A stretch of DNA of 63,450 bases, filler included, from Octopus bimaculoides (Eukaryota): the NCBI RefSeq assembly GCF_001194135.2. It is 4 parts of 4 records of this genome, joined end to end, with 100 filler letters (N's around TTAATTAATTAA, not from the genome) between each part and the next. Parts side by side here need not be neighbours in the genome. Positions count along the whole stretch, not along the records: positions 22,877 to 45,166 come from NC_068989.1; 3 more parts are not named here. One strand, given 5' to 3'. The notes under the pieces are model-generated. The model made no database searches, was not told where the DNA came from, and saw only the letters and a program-made list of their open reading frames with translations. Of the stretch, positions 25,726 through 37,470 are shown one piece after another (position 1 is the stretch's first letter; the number at the start of each line of letters is the position of its first letter). The position numbers and the translations under genes are program-made.

Positions 25726-25858
25726 TGTCGGTACGATTATGTCCGTGCGCCTATACTGGCATTAGTATACACATACAATGGTTTTACTGTATCTTTTTCC
25801 TTTTCCTTCCCTTTCCCCACTTGATTCGTTTATAAACACTCCTGATGTCGAAATTAAA
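25726..25858. repeat. Third copy of the repeat, inverted relative to 24548-24680 and nearly identical
   Basis: One mismatch seen over about 132 bp on manual comparison. Confidence 0.85.
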
Positions 25859-26286
25859 TGTAATTCATAGGTAGAATCGGTGTAACGTTGTTTGACAAGC
25901 CAACGCCCTTTCATTTATATTATAGTCCATCCAAGGGGCTTTTATGCAGTTTTTGCAGTTTCTCTTAGAAGGACTTACAGGAAATAGCTACCAGTCCTTC
26001 TTCAGGTAACAACCGACCTCAATAAAATTATTTTTAAAAAAACAGAAGGTCAAAACTGGAATGTCTCTAATCGTAAATGCTCGATTAGGGATGATCTTGG
26101 GCTAAACAGCGATTTCAACAGCTACAAGGGTAGCTAAAGTTAGTTTTGTGATATTCAATTAGATATTTCGACTTCTGTGATAATTAGTTTTGATAGACTT
26201 TAGATGTATTTATATGAAAAAGCAAGAATCCCGTTCCATTTGTTCTTTTAAAGGAGATTTCATTAGTTAAAAAGTGTTTAACAAAC

Positions 26287-26339
26287 CCAACAACTTTGCC
26301 ATATTTCTTCCTCATTTCACAGTCAAATTTCACCATTCC
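26287..26339 (-). CDS. CYP3-like: Cytochrome P450 clan 3 (CYP3A-like) gene A, coding exon 3
   Basis: TTTGCAG|GGAATG..GTTGG|GTTTGT; 53 nt; GMVKFDCEMRKKYGKVVG; phase 0 to phase 2. Confidence 0.88.
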
Positions 26340-27241
26340 CTGCAAATACAATATAATTAACAGCCGTTTGAAAAGAAAACTTTTGTAATATCGGAAACAA
26401 ATTATTGTTATCGTTAATTTTAAACCCGTGTATTATGATTATGTGATGCCAAATAGACTGTTTGTATTATCTTTTTACAAGCCACTTGAAATAGAAAATT
26501 TCGCTGCTCCTTCAATATATTTATTAATATCTACTGAGTCTGTTGAGAAGCGGCGCTGAGAGAACTGGTGAAGCAATTCCTCAGGGGGAGAAGATGTATA
26601 AAAGCACAAACATAAAAGAGGATTTTAGCTCAGTACGCGAAGGTCTATTTAATCTTCTCTTCATTCTGCTGGAGTTTTTCTTTATTTGTTAATTAGAAGA
26701 TTATGGTCTTTGTGGGCTTTTCGTGACTTATGAAACCAATCAATATTCTTAAGTTTTAACTTTTGAACTTTTGTGGGTTGATGTCTTAAAGAAAAGCCGT
26801 TAAAAATAGGATTTCCTGTTGGAATTGCAGTAGTTGTATAACTGGAGAAAAGATGGTTGTAACAAGCGATCTCAGGTGGATAGTGTGTAAAGTTTATGCG
26901 TCAGTCCAGATGAGCTTATGATTTTGTCGTAAAAAAAAAGCTATTAAGTGTGAAAGTCAGTTTTGGTAGTAAATCTTTGCTAATCAGCTGGATACTTTTT
27001 TTTGCGGGGGGGGGCAGTTTTAGATGCTTCTATGTATAAGAGTAGCACTATAGGAGATATATGTGCCACAGTGGTCACACTTGGATTTGTATAGAATTAA
27101 TAACTTATGAAGCCTGAAATTTATGCTTGTCATGAAAAGGAAACCTGGTTTTTAGAATACAATTTTGTCCGTGTTATAAGAGTCTCGAATATTAGAGATA
27201 GAGAGAGATTTCAAGAATTCGCGGCAGTTTTGATAGATGTA

Positions 27242-27468
27242 TTGGGTTGTCCGGAAAGTTCTTGCCGATTTTTAAAGGAAAGAAAAGGTCAATAAATATT
27301 TGCCATTACATTTTTAATCAACCAAATATGAACCATTTTGTTGCACAATGCGTCTCCATCTTTCCTTTAACTTGAAAATACCCTCTTCCCAGAATTGAAG
27401 TGGTTCCATGGCAAATAAGTCGAAAGGTAAACGACTATAAATCGGCACGAACTTTCTGGACAACCCAA
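27242..27468. mobile_element. Mariner-derived MITE
   Basis: TA|TTGGGTTGTCCGGAAAGTTCTTGCCGATTT ... AAATCGGCACGAACTTTCTGGACAACCCAA|TA. The interior carries a transposase C-terminal remnant (GIFKLKERWRRIVQQNGSY on the - strand). Confidence 0.85.
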
Positions 27469-27802
27469 TAGTTTTTCTACATTAAAACCATAGCCGAGTC
27501 TTTGTTCTACATGACTGTGTACTTGTTATGCGTTTCAATTGCTCTTTATACTGTAGCAATTCAGTTAGTTATAACCAATTCTAGTTTACACCTGAATCTC
27601 TGTTCATGAAGGATGTGCGTATCTAGTCTGGATTACTTTGTTGCATATGAATAAGGGTTTGCGTGTGAAAGTCTAAAGAAGTGTAAAGTGTGGTATCTTC
27701 TGCATGAAAATTTATGAGTTTAAAAATAGTTGAAACATGCTGAATTTATGATAATCAATTGCAGTATTGATGGAAACACAAAAGAAAAGAAATGGTACTT
27801 AC

Positions 27803-27899
27803 TTTATATGCAAGAGGGAAAAGGTGGCCCACAATTGCGTAAGCTTCAGGACCAGGAATACCAAACTTCTTAAGATATGAATGCTTGTATTTCCCGAAA
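27803..27899 (-). CDS. CYP3-like: CYP3A-like gene A, coding exon 2
   Basis: TTTCAAG|T TTC GGG..TAT AAA|GTAAGT; 97 nt; FGKYKHSYLKKFGIPGPEAYAIVGHLFPLAYK, containing the P450 proline hinge GIPGP. Confidence 0.92.
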
Positions 27900-28994
27900 C
27901 TTGAAACGATAAAGAAAAACGTCTTTTAATAATAGAGAAAGAAGGAATTGAATATTAAAATATAACTATGCAAATGATAGTCAGACTGGTCCGAAATGAA
28001 GTATAAAATCTTGATTATCCAGTTTGATATATCGTCATCAAAACTGATATTTATCTGTTTTCATCGTGTCATCATGGCTCTCACAAAAGTGAAGTGTATA
28101 TTAGAATTGTTATTGGCATTTATAAGGCAAAAGTTACTGATGTTTTCATGTGTGTATAACATATATACATGCACACTCATACGTACATACATACGAATAT
28201 ATGTAGATATATATATNNNNNNNNNNNNNNNNNNNNNNNNNNNNNNNNNNNNNNNNNNNNNNNNNNNNNNNNNNNNNNNNNNNNNNNNNNNNNNNNNNNN
28301 NNNNNNNNNNNNNNNNNNNNNNNNNNNNNNNNNNNNNNNNNNNNNNNNNNNNNNNNNNNNNNNNNNNNNNNNNNNNNNNNNNNNNNNNNNNNNNNNNNNN
28401 NNNNNNNNNNNNNNNNNNNNNNNNNNNNNNNNNNNNNNNNNNNNNNNNNNNNNNNNNNNNNNNNNNNNNNNNNNNNNNNNNNNNNNNNNNNNNNNNNNNN
28501 NNNNNNNNNNNNNNNNNNNNNNNNNNNNNNNNNNNNNNNNNNNNNNNNNNNNNNNNNNNNNNNNNNNNNNNNNNNNNNNNNGTGTGCGTGTGCGTGTGCG
28601 TGTGTACACTTCAGGCAAATATTTATTAGGTCTGGAATTAAAATTTAAAAATCCTGTAGCGCAGGATATATTGCTGGAAAAGAAACAAAGATTTTGTGGT
28701 TGTCTACACACTTTGACTCTGCTGGCTATTCCAGTTGATGTCATACACTCAGGAGATCCAAACAATCCGGACAAAATATAGCACTTAAGTGTCCAGAGTG
28801 GGACTCGAGCATGGCTCTAAAAACTATACTCCATGAAATATCCGGTTACAGGAAATACTATAAATACAAAACAAGTGCGTTTTGTTGAATTAGAAAGAAA
28901 GTATAATGCTGCTAACGTTAGTGTATATTATTCTTAAGTGGAATTGTAAAAATATGGAAGATTTTTCGGAAGTTTAAAGTGTGACATGCTTTTA

Positions 28995-29088
28995 CTTACA
29001 TTCCGACAGTGGAGATTTGTATCTTTGTTAGATTCATTATCGATAAAAGCAGAAGAGGAAATACATACATACATACATACATACATAC
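28995..29088 (+). mobile_element. 3'-end remnant of a related non-LTR element plus (ACAT)n
   Basis: TTACATTCCGACAGTGGAGATTTGTATCTTTGTT resembles the 3' UTR at about 30415-30450 (CTACATCCCAAAGATGGAGCTTTGTATCTTTGTT). Confidence 0.55.
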
Positions 29089-30500
29089 TGACCCGAGAAT
29101 ATTACACCAGACTTAGGAAAATATGGCAGTTGGAACTCTTCTCTTACAACAAAACAATATCCCACAATGCATTTGCAGTACCAGTGCTAATCCCAACATT
29201 TGAGATACTTGATTGGTCTGTAGAGGAAATCCACTCTATAGATATCAAAACCCGCAAAATCCTGACAAAAACTGGGAACTTCCACAGAAACAGTGATGTT
29301 GCCAAGTTCTACCTAAGAAGAAATGAAGGTGGTAGAGGCCTGAGATCAGTGCAGACGGCCTTCGAATGCCGTATGGTGTCACTCAGGCATCACCTGCTGA
29401 ACAAACAATAGCAAAAATAAATATATAAATGCAGTGCTGAAAAGTGAAGAGAACAACACGTACGAGTTGTCAGTGAGCTCCTCAAGAAGCATTCTCTTCC
29501 TGATGATCTCCTATACAGCCCATAAACAGCTAAACTCTCTTACCTCAGAGAAGACCTGGATGGAAAGCACTCAGCATACAAAAAAAGAAGACCATGCATG
29601 GATATGTTGCCGGAAAGCTTGAAGAAGACAGCAGAATTGATATGAAGCGCAGCCTCTCTTGGACACAAGATCACTACATCACATCACATCACACTTTGAA
29701 GGCTATGCGTTTGCAATCCAGGAACAGGAGATTGCCACAAAGTACCCGGTGAACAAGAGAGACGGTGACACTCTTGCAATCCCAAAGTGCAACCGCATGT
29801 GTAGACTATGTCATGTTTCTGTGGAAGACATCTCGCATGTGATTAGCAGCTGTCCTAAAATGTCATCACAGTAAATGTCAACAACATCCCTATGCGGCAT
29901 GATGTTGTCGCTAAAACAATTTACAATGACATCCACAAAAAAGACTGTCTTCAAACAAACTTAGAAAATCCTTCTGCTATGGAATACATTCATTAACACC
30001 AACTCAAGGAATACTGGTGGAATATTCTCCTCAAAACTTCTGTCAAATGTGAACATAACAGGCCAGATATTGTTGTTTGGGACAGAGGGGCAAAGGTATG
30101 TACTGTCATAAAGGTCAGCTGCCCTGCAGATATAAATATCTCTTTGAAAATCAAAGGAAAAGAGGATATCTATGGACAACTGCTTCGAAATCTCCAGCTT
30201 CTATATCCAGGCTATGAATTCATATTCATACCAATAATAATTGGAGCACTAGGTTTTGTTAGTAAATGCTTAAAGGAGAAACTGGATAATCTGGGATTTT
30301 CAAAGAGAGAAATCGACCGGCTAATTTGTACATTACAAATGTAATCTGTGAGTGGAACAGTAAAATTATGCAAGACTTTTCTCAAGTTCTAAATGTGAAT
30401 TTGTCTGAGTTAACTACATCCCAAAGATGGAGCTTTGTATCTTTGTTGGAAACCGGCTCCCTCCTCATTGGAAGATTTATAATTTTAAAATGGAAGAGAC
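29089..30500 (+). mobile_element. 5'-truncated R4/Dong-clade (restriction-like endonuclease) non-LTR retrotransposon
   Basis: RT C-terminus ..YLRRNEGGRGL.., CCHC knuckle CRLCHVSVEDISHVISSC, RHD, and RLE motif NRPDIVVWD..PIIIGALG. Stops and frameshifts. (ACAT)n on both sides. Confidence 0.9.
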
Positions 30501-30582
30501 ACATACATACATACATACATACATACATACAAACATACATACATACATACATACATACATACATACATACATACATACATAC
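30501..30582. repeat. (ACAT)n microsatellite tail
   Basis: Direct reading. Confidence 0.95.
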
Positions 30583-31730
30583 AGAGTGGGCCAAATGTCA
30601 TGATCATGTCTGAAATTTTAATCATTCTTAAAAATTACTTTTTGTGTATTTTTCTTTACAGATTTTGTTTCACACTAATCATACTTATATCTCCTCTATA
30701 TACTGTTTATGATGTTAGGGGTCTCTTAAATTTGAAACAAAGAATAAAGGCGTTATTAAATATTCAAACCTCTTCATGTCTTTTCGCCCAGCCTATACAT
30801 ACACATATATACATACATACATACATACATACACAGACACACACATTTGTATGTATGATATGTAAATATATGTATGCGTGCGTACATATGTATACATGTG
30901 TATGTATGTGTGCGCACATGTGTGTATAACTGAAATATTGCTAGACCTTCCTCTAACCACATATCCAACTTTCCTTACATAAGTCATAACTTCTCTTCGA
31001 CAAACTATGCTGTAATTTCTAGATATATTATAAATAACAGTCACGTTTCTCTATTAACGCATTTAATCATCTCATATTTGGAGAGGGTACATTGGATAAG
31101 GCAGTTCTGTATATACAAAAAACGAGATAATATATACATGGTATAAAACTAGCGGAGAAACCGCACTTGTTTGAAATTAGATACACAAATTGTATCAAAT
31201 ATATAGTCAGAGTCGTACAATTGATGACATAAACAAATATAAAAACCAGGAACGCATTAACATGACAAGAAAACACCAGTGTTCATATTTTCTCTATTCT
31301 CCTTCAGGCTATATAGCCCCAGATTACGAACTTTCTGTGAATCCTGTAAATTTGCAATCATCTATTTAAGGGCTTTGGTAGCAACCTGTGTAGATCTGGT
31401 CACCCATAACAGTAACCGATATGTGCACAATGTTCTGACAAAACATCTGTTTAAGTTAAACCTATTACATCAACTATTAAAAACAATGTTAGCTTGTAAT
31501 AAATTGTGAGTGAACTTAATGATAATCTGTAACCGCTCTTTGCAGTAGCACCTAATCATTATCATCATTATTATTATCAGAAATGGAAATACATTTTGGA
31601 GTACTGAGAAATAGCAATGAAAGCCAATGTTAGTATTTCATTCTGTATACTATTTCTTCAGCTTATTTTAACTTTATCTTTTACATTGACAAGTCGATTC
31701 TTCATTGAAACATTTATATTTATTTCTATA

Positions 31731-31948
31731 TTACCCACAGGAATAAACATACAGGGGACAAACAAAGACAGGGAAAGGGATTAAGTCAATTACATCGACC
31801 CCAGTGCATAACTGGTACTTATTTAATCGACCCCGAAAAGATGAAAGACACAGTCGACCTCCGCAGAATTTGAACTCAGAACGTAATGGCAGTCGAAATA
31901 CCGCCAAGCATTTCGCCCGGTGTGCTAACGATTCTGCCAGCTCGCCGC
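31731..31948 (-). mobile_element. SINE family A
   Basis: Reverse complement of family A, with CpGs retained. Confidence 0.88.
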
Positions 31949-32309
31949 TCTTCATTAAAACATTTAAATTGCTTTCATACACCAGACCAGAGGTTTATTG
32001 TCTATTTTAGATAAGTATCCATTTGAAGCTCATTTATTTGAAACATTTCTCTTGATAATTTTCATGTTTGAAATTTTGTACTAATCAATAACTTTGGAGA
32101 GATCTGAATCATTTTTCGAAATTGTGAAAAGCCGCAAGGTGTTAAAATTGCACTTATAAGTTTAATTAATGACTAGGTAATGTTTAAGAGAGTGTTTATA
32201 ATATTACTTTATAATCAGTATAACCAATGGTCTTCATTAATCTGATGATTACACAGTTATATAACAATATTAGACGACGTAATATTTAAAACTATATAAA
32301 ACTACTTAC

Positions 32310-32380
32310 ATGTATAAAGAGAGAAACAAGCAGCTGACAATGGCATAAATTAGCAGCTCGATATTATACTGAAGCTCCAT
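32310..32380 (-). CDS. CYP3-like: CYP3A-like gene A, coding exon 1 (signal anchor)
   Basis: ATG..TAC AT|GTAAGT; 71 nt; MELQYNIELLIYAIVSCLFLSLY(I). Phase 2 joins exon 2 in frame. An acceptor-like TTTTATAG at 32416 suggests a further upstream UTR exon. Confidence 0.85.
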
Positions 32381-33064
32381 GAATCTTGATAGCAACTTCT
32401 GCTTCTGATAATGTACTATAAAAGTCAAGAACGAAAGTGAGCATAATAAATCGTCGTTTTAAAATGATAAACAAGATATTTGACTTCTGTAAAACCTGTT
32501 CGTTTGATAACTAATATTATGTACAAGATAACTAGATCAACCAAGAGTAATAATTATAGATTGTATAATTAGATTTGAATTTATAGTAGAAGGGGTCTTG
32601 GATAAGAGAAGTCTGTTGCTTCATATAGAGGCCACAGTTTCATGAAAACAATTATACAATATAAATAATGCTTTCAAATTTTGTCACAAGGCCAGCAATT
32701 TCAGGGAAGTGGGTAAGTTGATTAAATCGATCCCAGTGTTCAACTGGCAGTTATTTTATCGATCCTGAAGGAGAAGTTATTCAGTTTGTACATTAAACAT
32801 GAAACTAGTCCTGTATTAACCACGTTAACTTTAAAATAGACTTAATTCATCTCAACCGCCTTACATCATTTCGTATCAAGGAGAATTGTCGATGTTTTAG
32901 TTAAACAATGATCATTCAACACGCATAGAGATAAAGTTTTTTTTAGCTGCTCTTCTCTCACGCCATACGGCACTTGTCTTTTACATCATAGATCATAAGT
33001 CTACATGGTTCCAAGTCTCTATTCCACGTTTCCTAATACAATTGTATTTCTAATTTCATTCTTC

Positions 33065-33922
33065 TGATCAATAAGTATACGGACTGTTGCCATAGTAACG
33101 AAACTAAGACACGCAGAGTGAGGCCGCTGGGCATTGAATGATCTTATACTTTGTTGTGCATGTGCACTAAGTTTTAACGTTCTAGCTCACTTCTGCTGTT
33201 TACCACTGTTCATGGAAGAAAGGTGTGTAGCGTGTGAGCGTTGCATTGACTATGACAAAGTTGTCATGGTGATACCTATTCTGAGGCCTACGCAAAGTTG
33301 CAGGAAATGTATGGAGAGGAGTGTATGAGGAGCACATAAGTGTACGAGTGGTTCAGACGTTTCTAAGATGGCTGAAAAAATGTCGATATTGACGAACGTT
33401 CTTGGAGAGCCGCAATCAGCAAAGCTGAGAAAAACATCACCGATGTGTATGTAGCTTTGAGGGGAAATCGTCGAATCACTATCCGTGAGTTATCAGAGGA
33501 TGTGCAGTTTAGTAACTGAAGGTTTGGGTATGAGACGCGTGTATGCGATGTTTGTGCCAAAAACGGCTTTCAGCTGACCAAAAAGACACTCGGGTTTCAG
33601 TTGCACAAAATCTCCTTGATTGTGTTGGGAACGATGAAAACTTTTTGAAAACTTTGCGTAGGCCTCCAAGCAGGTATTGCCAAGCTTTAGGCAAAATTTG
33701 ATGCAGATTCTCTGCTCGACTTTCTCTGTCATGGTCAATTCGACGATCACACGCTACACACCTTCCTTTCAAGCACGGTTGTAAACAACGGAAGTGAGCT
33801 AGACCGTTAAAACTTAGTGCGCATGTAGAGCAGAGCTCAAGGTCAATCTGTGCTATGCAGCTTTACTCTGCGTGCTTTAGTTTCGTTACTATGGCAACAG
33901 TCCGGCTACTTATTGATCAAAC
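33065..33922. mobile_element. Non-autonomous mariner derivative, 5' end plus inverted 5' end (complete copy)
   Basis: TGATCAATAAGTATACGGACTGTTGCCATAGTAACGAAACTAA at the left end and its inverse at the right end. N-terminal transposase on +, then EQRICIKFCLKLG on -. Confidence 0.85.
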
Positions 33923-34804
33923 CANNNNNNNNNNNNNNNNNNNNNNNNNNNNNNNNNNNNNNNNNNNNNNNNNNNNNNNNNNNNNNNNNNNNNNNNNNNN
34001 NNNNNNNNNNNNNNNNNNNNNNNNNNNNNNNNNNNNNNNNNNNNNNNNNNNNNNNNNNNNNNNNNNNNNNNNNNNNNNNNNNNNNNNNNNNNNNNNNNNN
34101 NNNNNNNNNNNNNNNNNNNNNNNNNNNNNNNNNNNNNNNNNNNNNNNNNNNNNNNNNNNNNNNNNNNNNNNNNNNNNNNNNNNNNNNNNNNNNNNNNNNN
34201 NNNNNNNNNNNNNNNNNNNNNNNNNNNNNNNNNNNNNNNNNNNNNNNNNNNNNNNNNNNNNNNNNNNNNNNNNNNNNNNNNNNNNNNNNNNNNNNNNNNN
34301 NNNNNNNNNNNNNNNNNNNNNNNNNNNNNNNNNNNNNNNNNNNNNNNNNNNNNNNNNNNNNNNNNNNNNNNNNNNNNNNNNNNNNNNNNNNNNNNNNNNN
34401 NNNNNNNNNNNNNNNNNNNNNNNNNNNNNNNNNNNNNNNNNNNNNNNNNNNNNNNNNNNNNNNNNNNNNNNNNNNNNNNNNNNNNNNNNNNNNNNNNNNN
34501 NNNNNNNNNNNNNNNNNNNNNNNNNNNNNNNNNNNNNNNNNNNNNNNNNNNNNNNNNNNNNNNNNNNNNNNNNNNNNNNNNNNNNNNNNNNNNNNNNNNN
34601 NNNNNNNNNNNNNNNNNNNNNNNNNNNNNNNNNNNNNNNNNNNNNNNNNNNNNNNNNNNNNNNNNNNNNNNNNNNNNNNNNNNNNNNNNNNNNNNNNNNN
34701 NNNNNNNNNNNNNNNNNNNNNNNNNNNNNNNNNNNNNNNNNNNNNNNNNNNNNNNNNNNNNNNNNNNNNNNNNNNNNNNNNNNNNNNNNNNNNNNNNNNN
34801 NNNN

Positions 34805-34868
<64 letters not shown>

Positions 34869-35516
34869 TGTCTGTCTGTATGTATGTATGTATGTATGTA
34901 TGTATGCATACATTCATGCTCATGTATGTGTGTATATGCAAAGTTGTGTGACTGTGTACTACTTCCCAGAGTTCTCAGGACTGTAGTACACATTCAAATG
35001 TGAAGTTTCACTTTTGGTAGCTGTGCGTACCAAGTATTATCAAAATCTTGGTCCTCTTCCGGACAAGGGCAGCAAAGGACACAACCAGTTATGTTACACC
35101 CTTTTATTTTCATACTTTTCAGTTTTGTCCCTTTAATCATTCGGTCTCTATCTTTATTTTTATTAATTATACTCTTTGTGTGAAGCTTATTAACCCAAAT
35201 AGAACTAACTGCACTTGCGCGTGTATGTACACCTGGGAAGAGATCAGGTGCGGGCGAGCATGTGAGGACATATATTCTATGCACTGATTTAGCCATATAC
35301 GTATATACACTTAATCCTTACGTATTTTATTACACGTTATGATACAACAGTATTATTTTATAACTACATTCAGTTTTTTTTTTTATGCGCCCATACATTA
35401 TTACTGTTCATCACTATCGAAATTCGCATACTTACGTTCATATTTGATATATTTCTGAACTCTTATATGATTTTAATATATTTTTAACTTTACAAAGGTA
35501 TAATTTTATACAAACT

Positions 35517-35855
35517 TACATGGCTCAGTGGTTAGTACGTCGGGCTCACAATCACGAGGTAGCGAGTTTGATTCCCGTATAGGGTTGTGTGTTGTGTTCT
35601 TGAGCAAGGTACTTTATTTTACGTTGTTCCAGTTCATTCTGTAGAAATGAGTTGCGACATCATCAGTGGTGCCAAGCTGTATCGGCCTTTGCCTTTCCTT
35701 TGGATAACATCAGTGGTGTGGAGAAGGGTGGCTGGTATGTATGGCTAACTGCTTGTCTTCCATAAAGAACCTTGCCTGAATGTGTGCCTCGGATGGTAAC
35801 TTTCTAGGTCAATTCCATGGCCATTCAATGACCGAAAAGAGTCTTTACCCTTTAC
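35517..35855 (+). mobile_element. SINE family C
   Basis: TGGCTCAGTGGTTAGTACGTCGGGCTCACAATCACGAGG..; homologous to the copy at 18195. Confidence 0.85.
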
Positions 35856-36829
35856 ATATCTATGGTTAAGCTTTATCTTTAATCTAGAAAATTTGACCCT
35901 TAATTTTCACCTATCTGATTTCTTCCTTTATCAATCCCCTACAACAATTATCAAATTTACCAATTTTTAATCTTTTAAATTTCCACCCTGTAACCATTAA
36001 TTTTGAATTTTTTATCCTAATTTTAATTTTAATTATATGTTAATTCTAATATTTAATCAGTAATATCATCAATTATTAAATGATGCTTAAAACATTTTTA
36101 AAAACGAATATCAAAATACATTCTTTTTGATTTTTTAAAATTCCAATCTTTGTCTCAAATTTTACATTTCTTATTTTAATTTAGTTGTACAGCTCTTTTA
36201 ATTTCTCAATTTACGTCTGCATAACTTAGAGGCTCGGCAAACGAGGCTGAGAGAATAAGTACCAGGCTTAAACTATAAGCACTGGAGTCGAATCCTTCAA
36301 CATAAATTCTTTATGGGAAACCCCGGAATGGTTGCTGTTAAATAACTGAAACAAATGAAAGATAACAGAAATTTGTTTCTTATTTTAAACATTTAATTTG
36401 ACTTTGTAACTTTTTAAATTTAAAAATTCATCTAAATATTACAATTCAGTTTCTTCTAAATTTTTGATTTTGAAATTTTAATATTTTTAATTCTAATATT
36501 TGATTTTTTTTTAGATTTTAATATCTTTAACTCTTATGTCTAGTTTTTTTTACTTCCACTCTGAATTTTTTTCAAAAAGGTGTTCATTTCGGAAAATGTT
36601 TTAAAATCTTTCTTGTAAAGTAGTACTTTCTTTAATTTTAATATAAGTTCGATCTTTATTATATTTTATGTTACTGTGTTAAATACATTTTATAATATTT
36701 TAATCGTAGCCATACGCAAAGGCACGCAAGGTGCATATTTGCAATCTTATCAGCAAGTCTAGAAGAGTTATTCCCCTTACCATCGAGTTATTCCCCTTAC
36801 CATCGAGTTATTCCCCTTTCCCTGCATAA

Positions 36830-37255
36830 CGCATGCTTTAAACGTGCATTAATTTTGTGAAAGCTGATGAAGAATACAACTAGAGCCATTTTACACTGCA
36901 CATGAAAAAAAAAAAAAAGAAGACTGAGTTCGAAGGCAGAGGCAAAAGAAATTAATGATGTGGACGGTCCAGGGACTGCCAACAGACGTGTGGCACCTAA
37001 CTGGATCAGATGTTTCAAGGATGATTAGACCAACCTAGAAGACAAACCAATGTCAAGGAGACTATCCGTTGAGAAAGATGAGACCTTGCTTCAAATGGTT
37101 GAACAACAGCGAAGTATAAGCACTCGTGCGCTGTCGGCAGAACCTGATCCTTCACAAAGCTGCATCACTCAACACCCCCATAAGCTCGGCCCTCTGAACA
37201 GACGCCGCTGAGATGCTCCTTGTTAACTGAATGACAAGGCTCAACGACGTGTGAA
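36830..37255 (+). mobile_element. Mariner transposase N-terminal fragment
   Basis: AKEINDVDGPGTANRRVAPNWIRCFKDD*TNLEDKP..LLQMVEQQRSISTRAL..KAQRRV. Confidence 0.75.
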
Positions 37256-37279
37256 CATATATATATATATATATACATA

Positions 37280-37470
37280 TATGGGAGAATATACAAAAAA
37301 TAACAACAGACGAGGACAGGTGGTGTAAATAACAAAAGTATATATTAGTATGACGCTCGGGAATACGGAAAGTCTTTGACGTTTCGAGCTACGCTCTTCA
37401 ACAGAAAGAATACGGAGACAAGGAGAAAAACACGGAGAAAAAAAATTGAATAGTGTTCAGTCAACGGTCA
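37280..37470 (-). mobile_element. Penelope-like pseudo-LTR fragment
   Basis: Contains GCTCGAAACGTC within a minimal hammerhead fold, as is typical of PLE pLTRs. Confidence 0.55.
37373..37409 (-). ncRNA. Minimal type-I hammerhead ribozyme motif (variant core CUGUUGA)
   Basis: UCUUU-CUGUUGA-A-GAGC(GUA)GCUC-GAAAC-GUC-AAAGA: 5-bp stem I, 4-bp stem II and a loopless palindromic ACGU stem III. Confidence 0.65.

Noticed and set aside
31308-31369. GYIAPDYE, kinase-like, after a good acceptor
   Set aside because: A stop follows within about 20 codons, the donor is weak and there are no other kinase exons.
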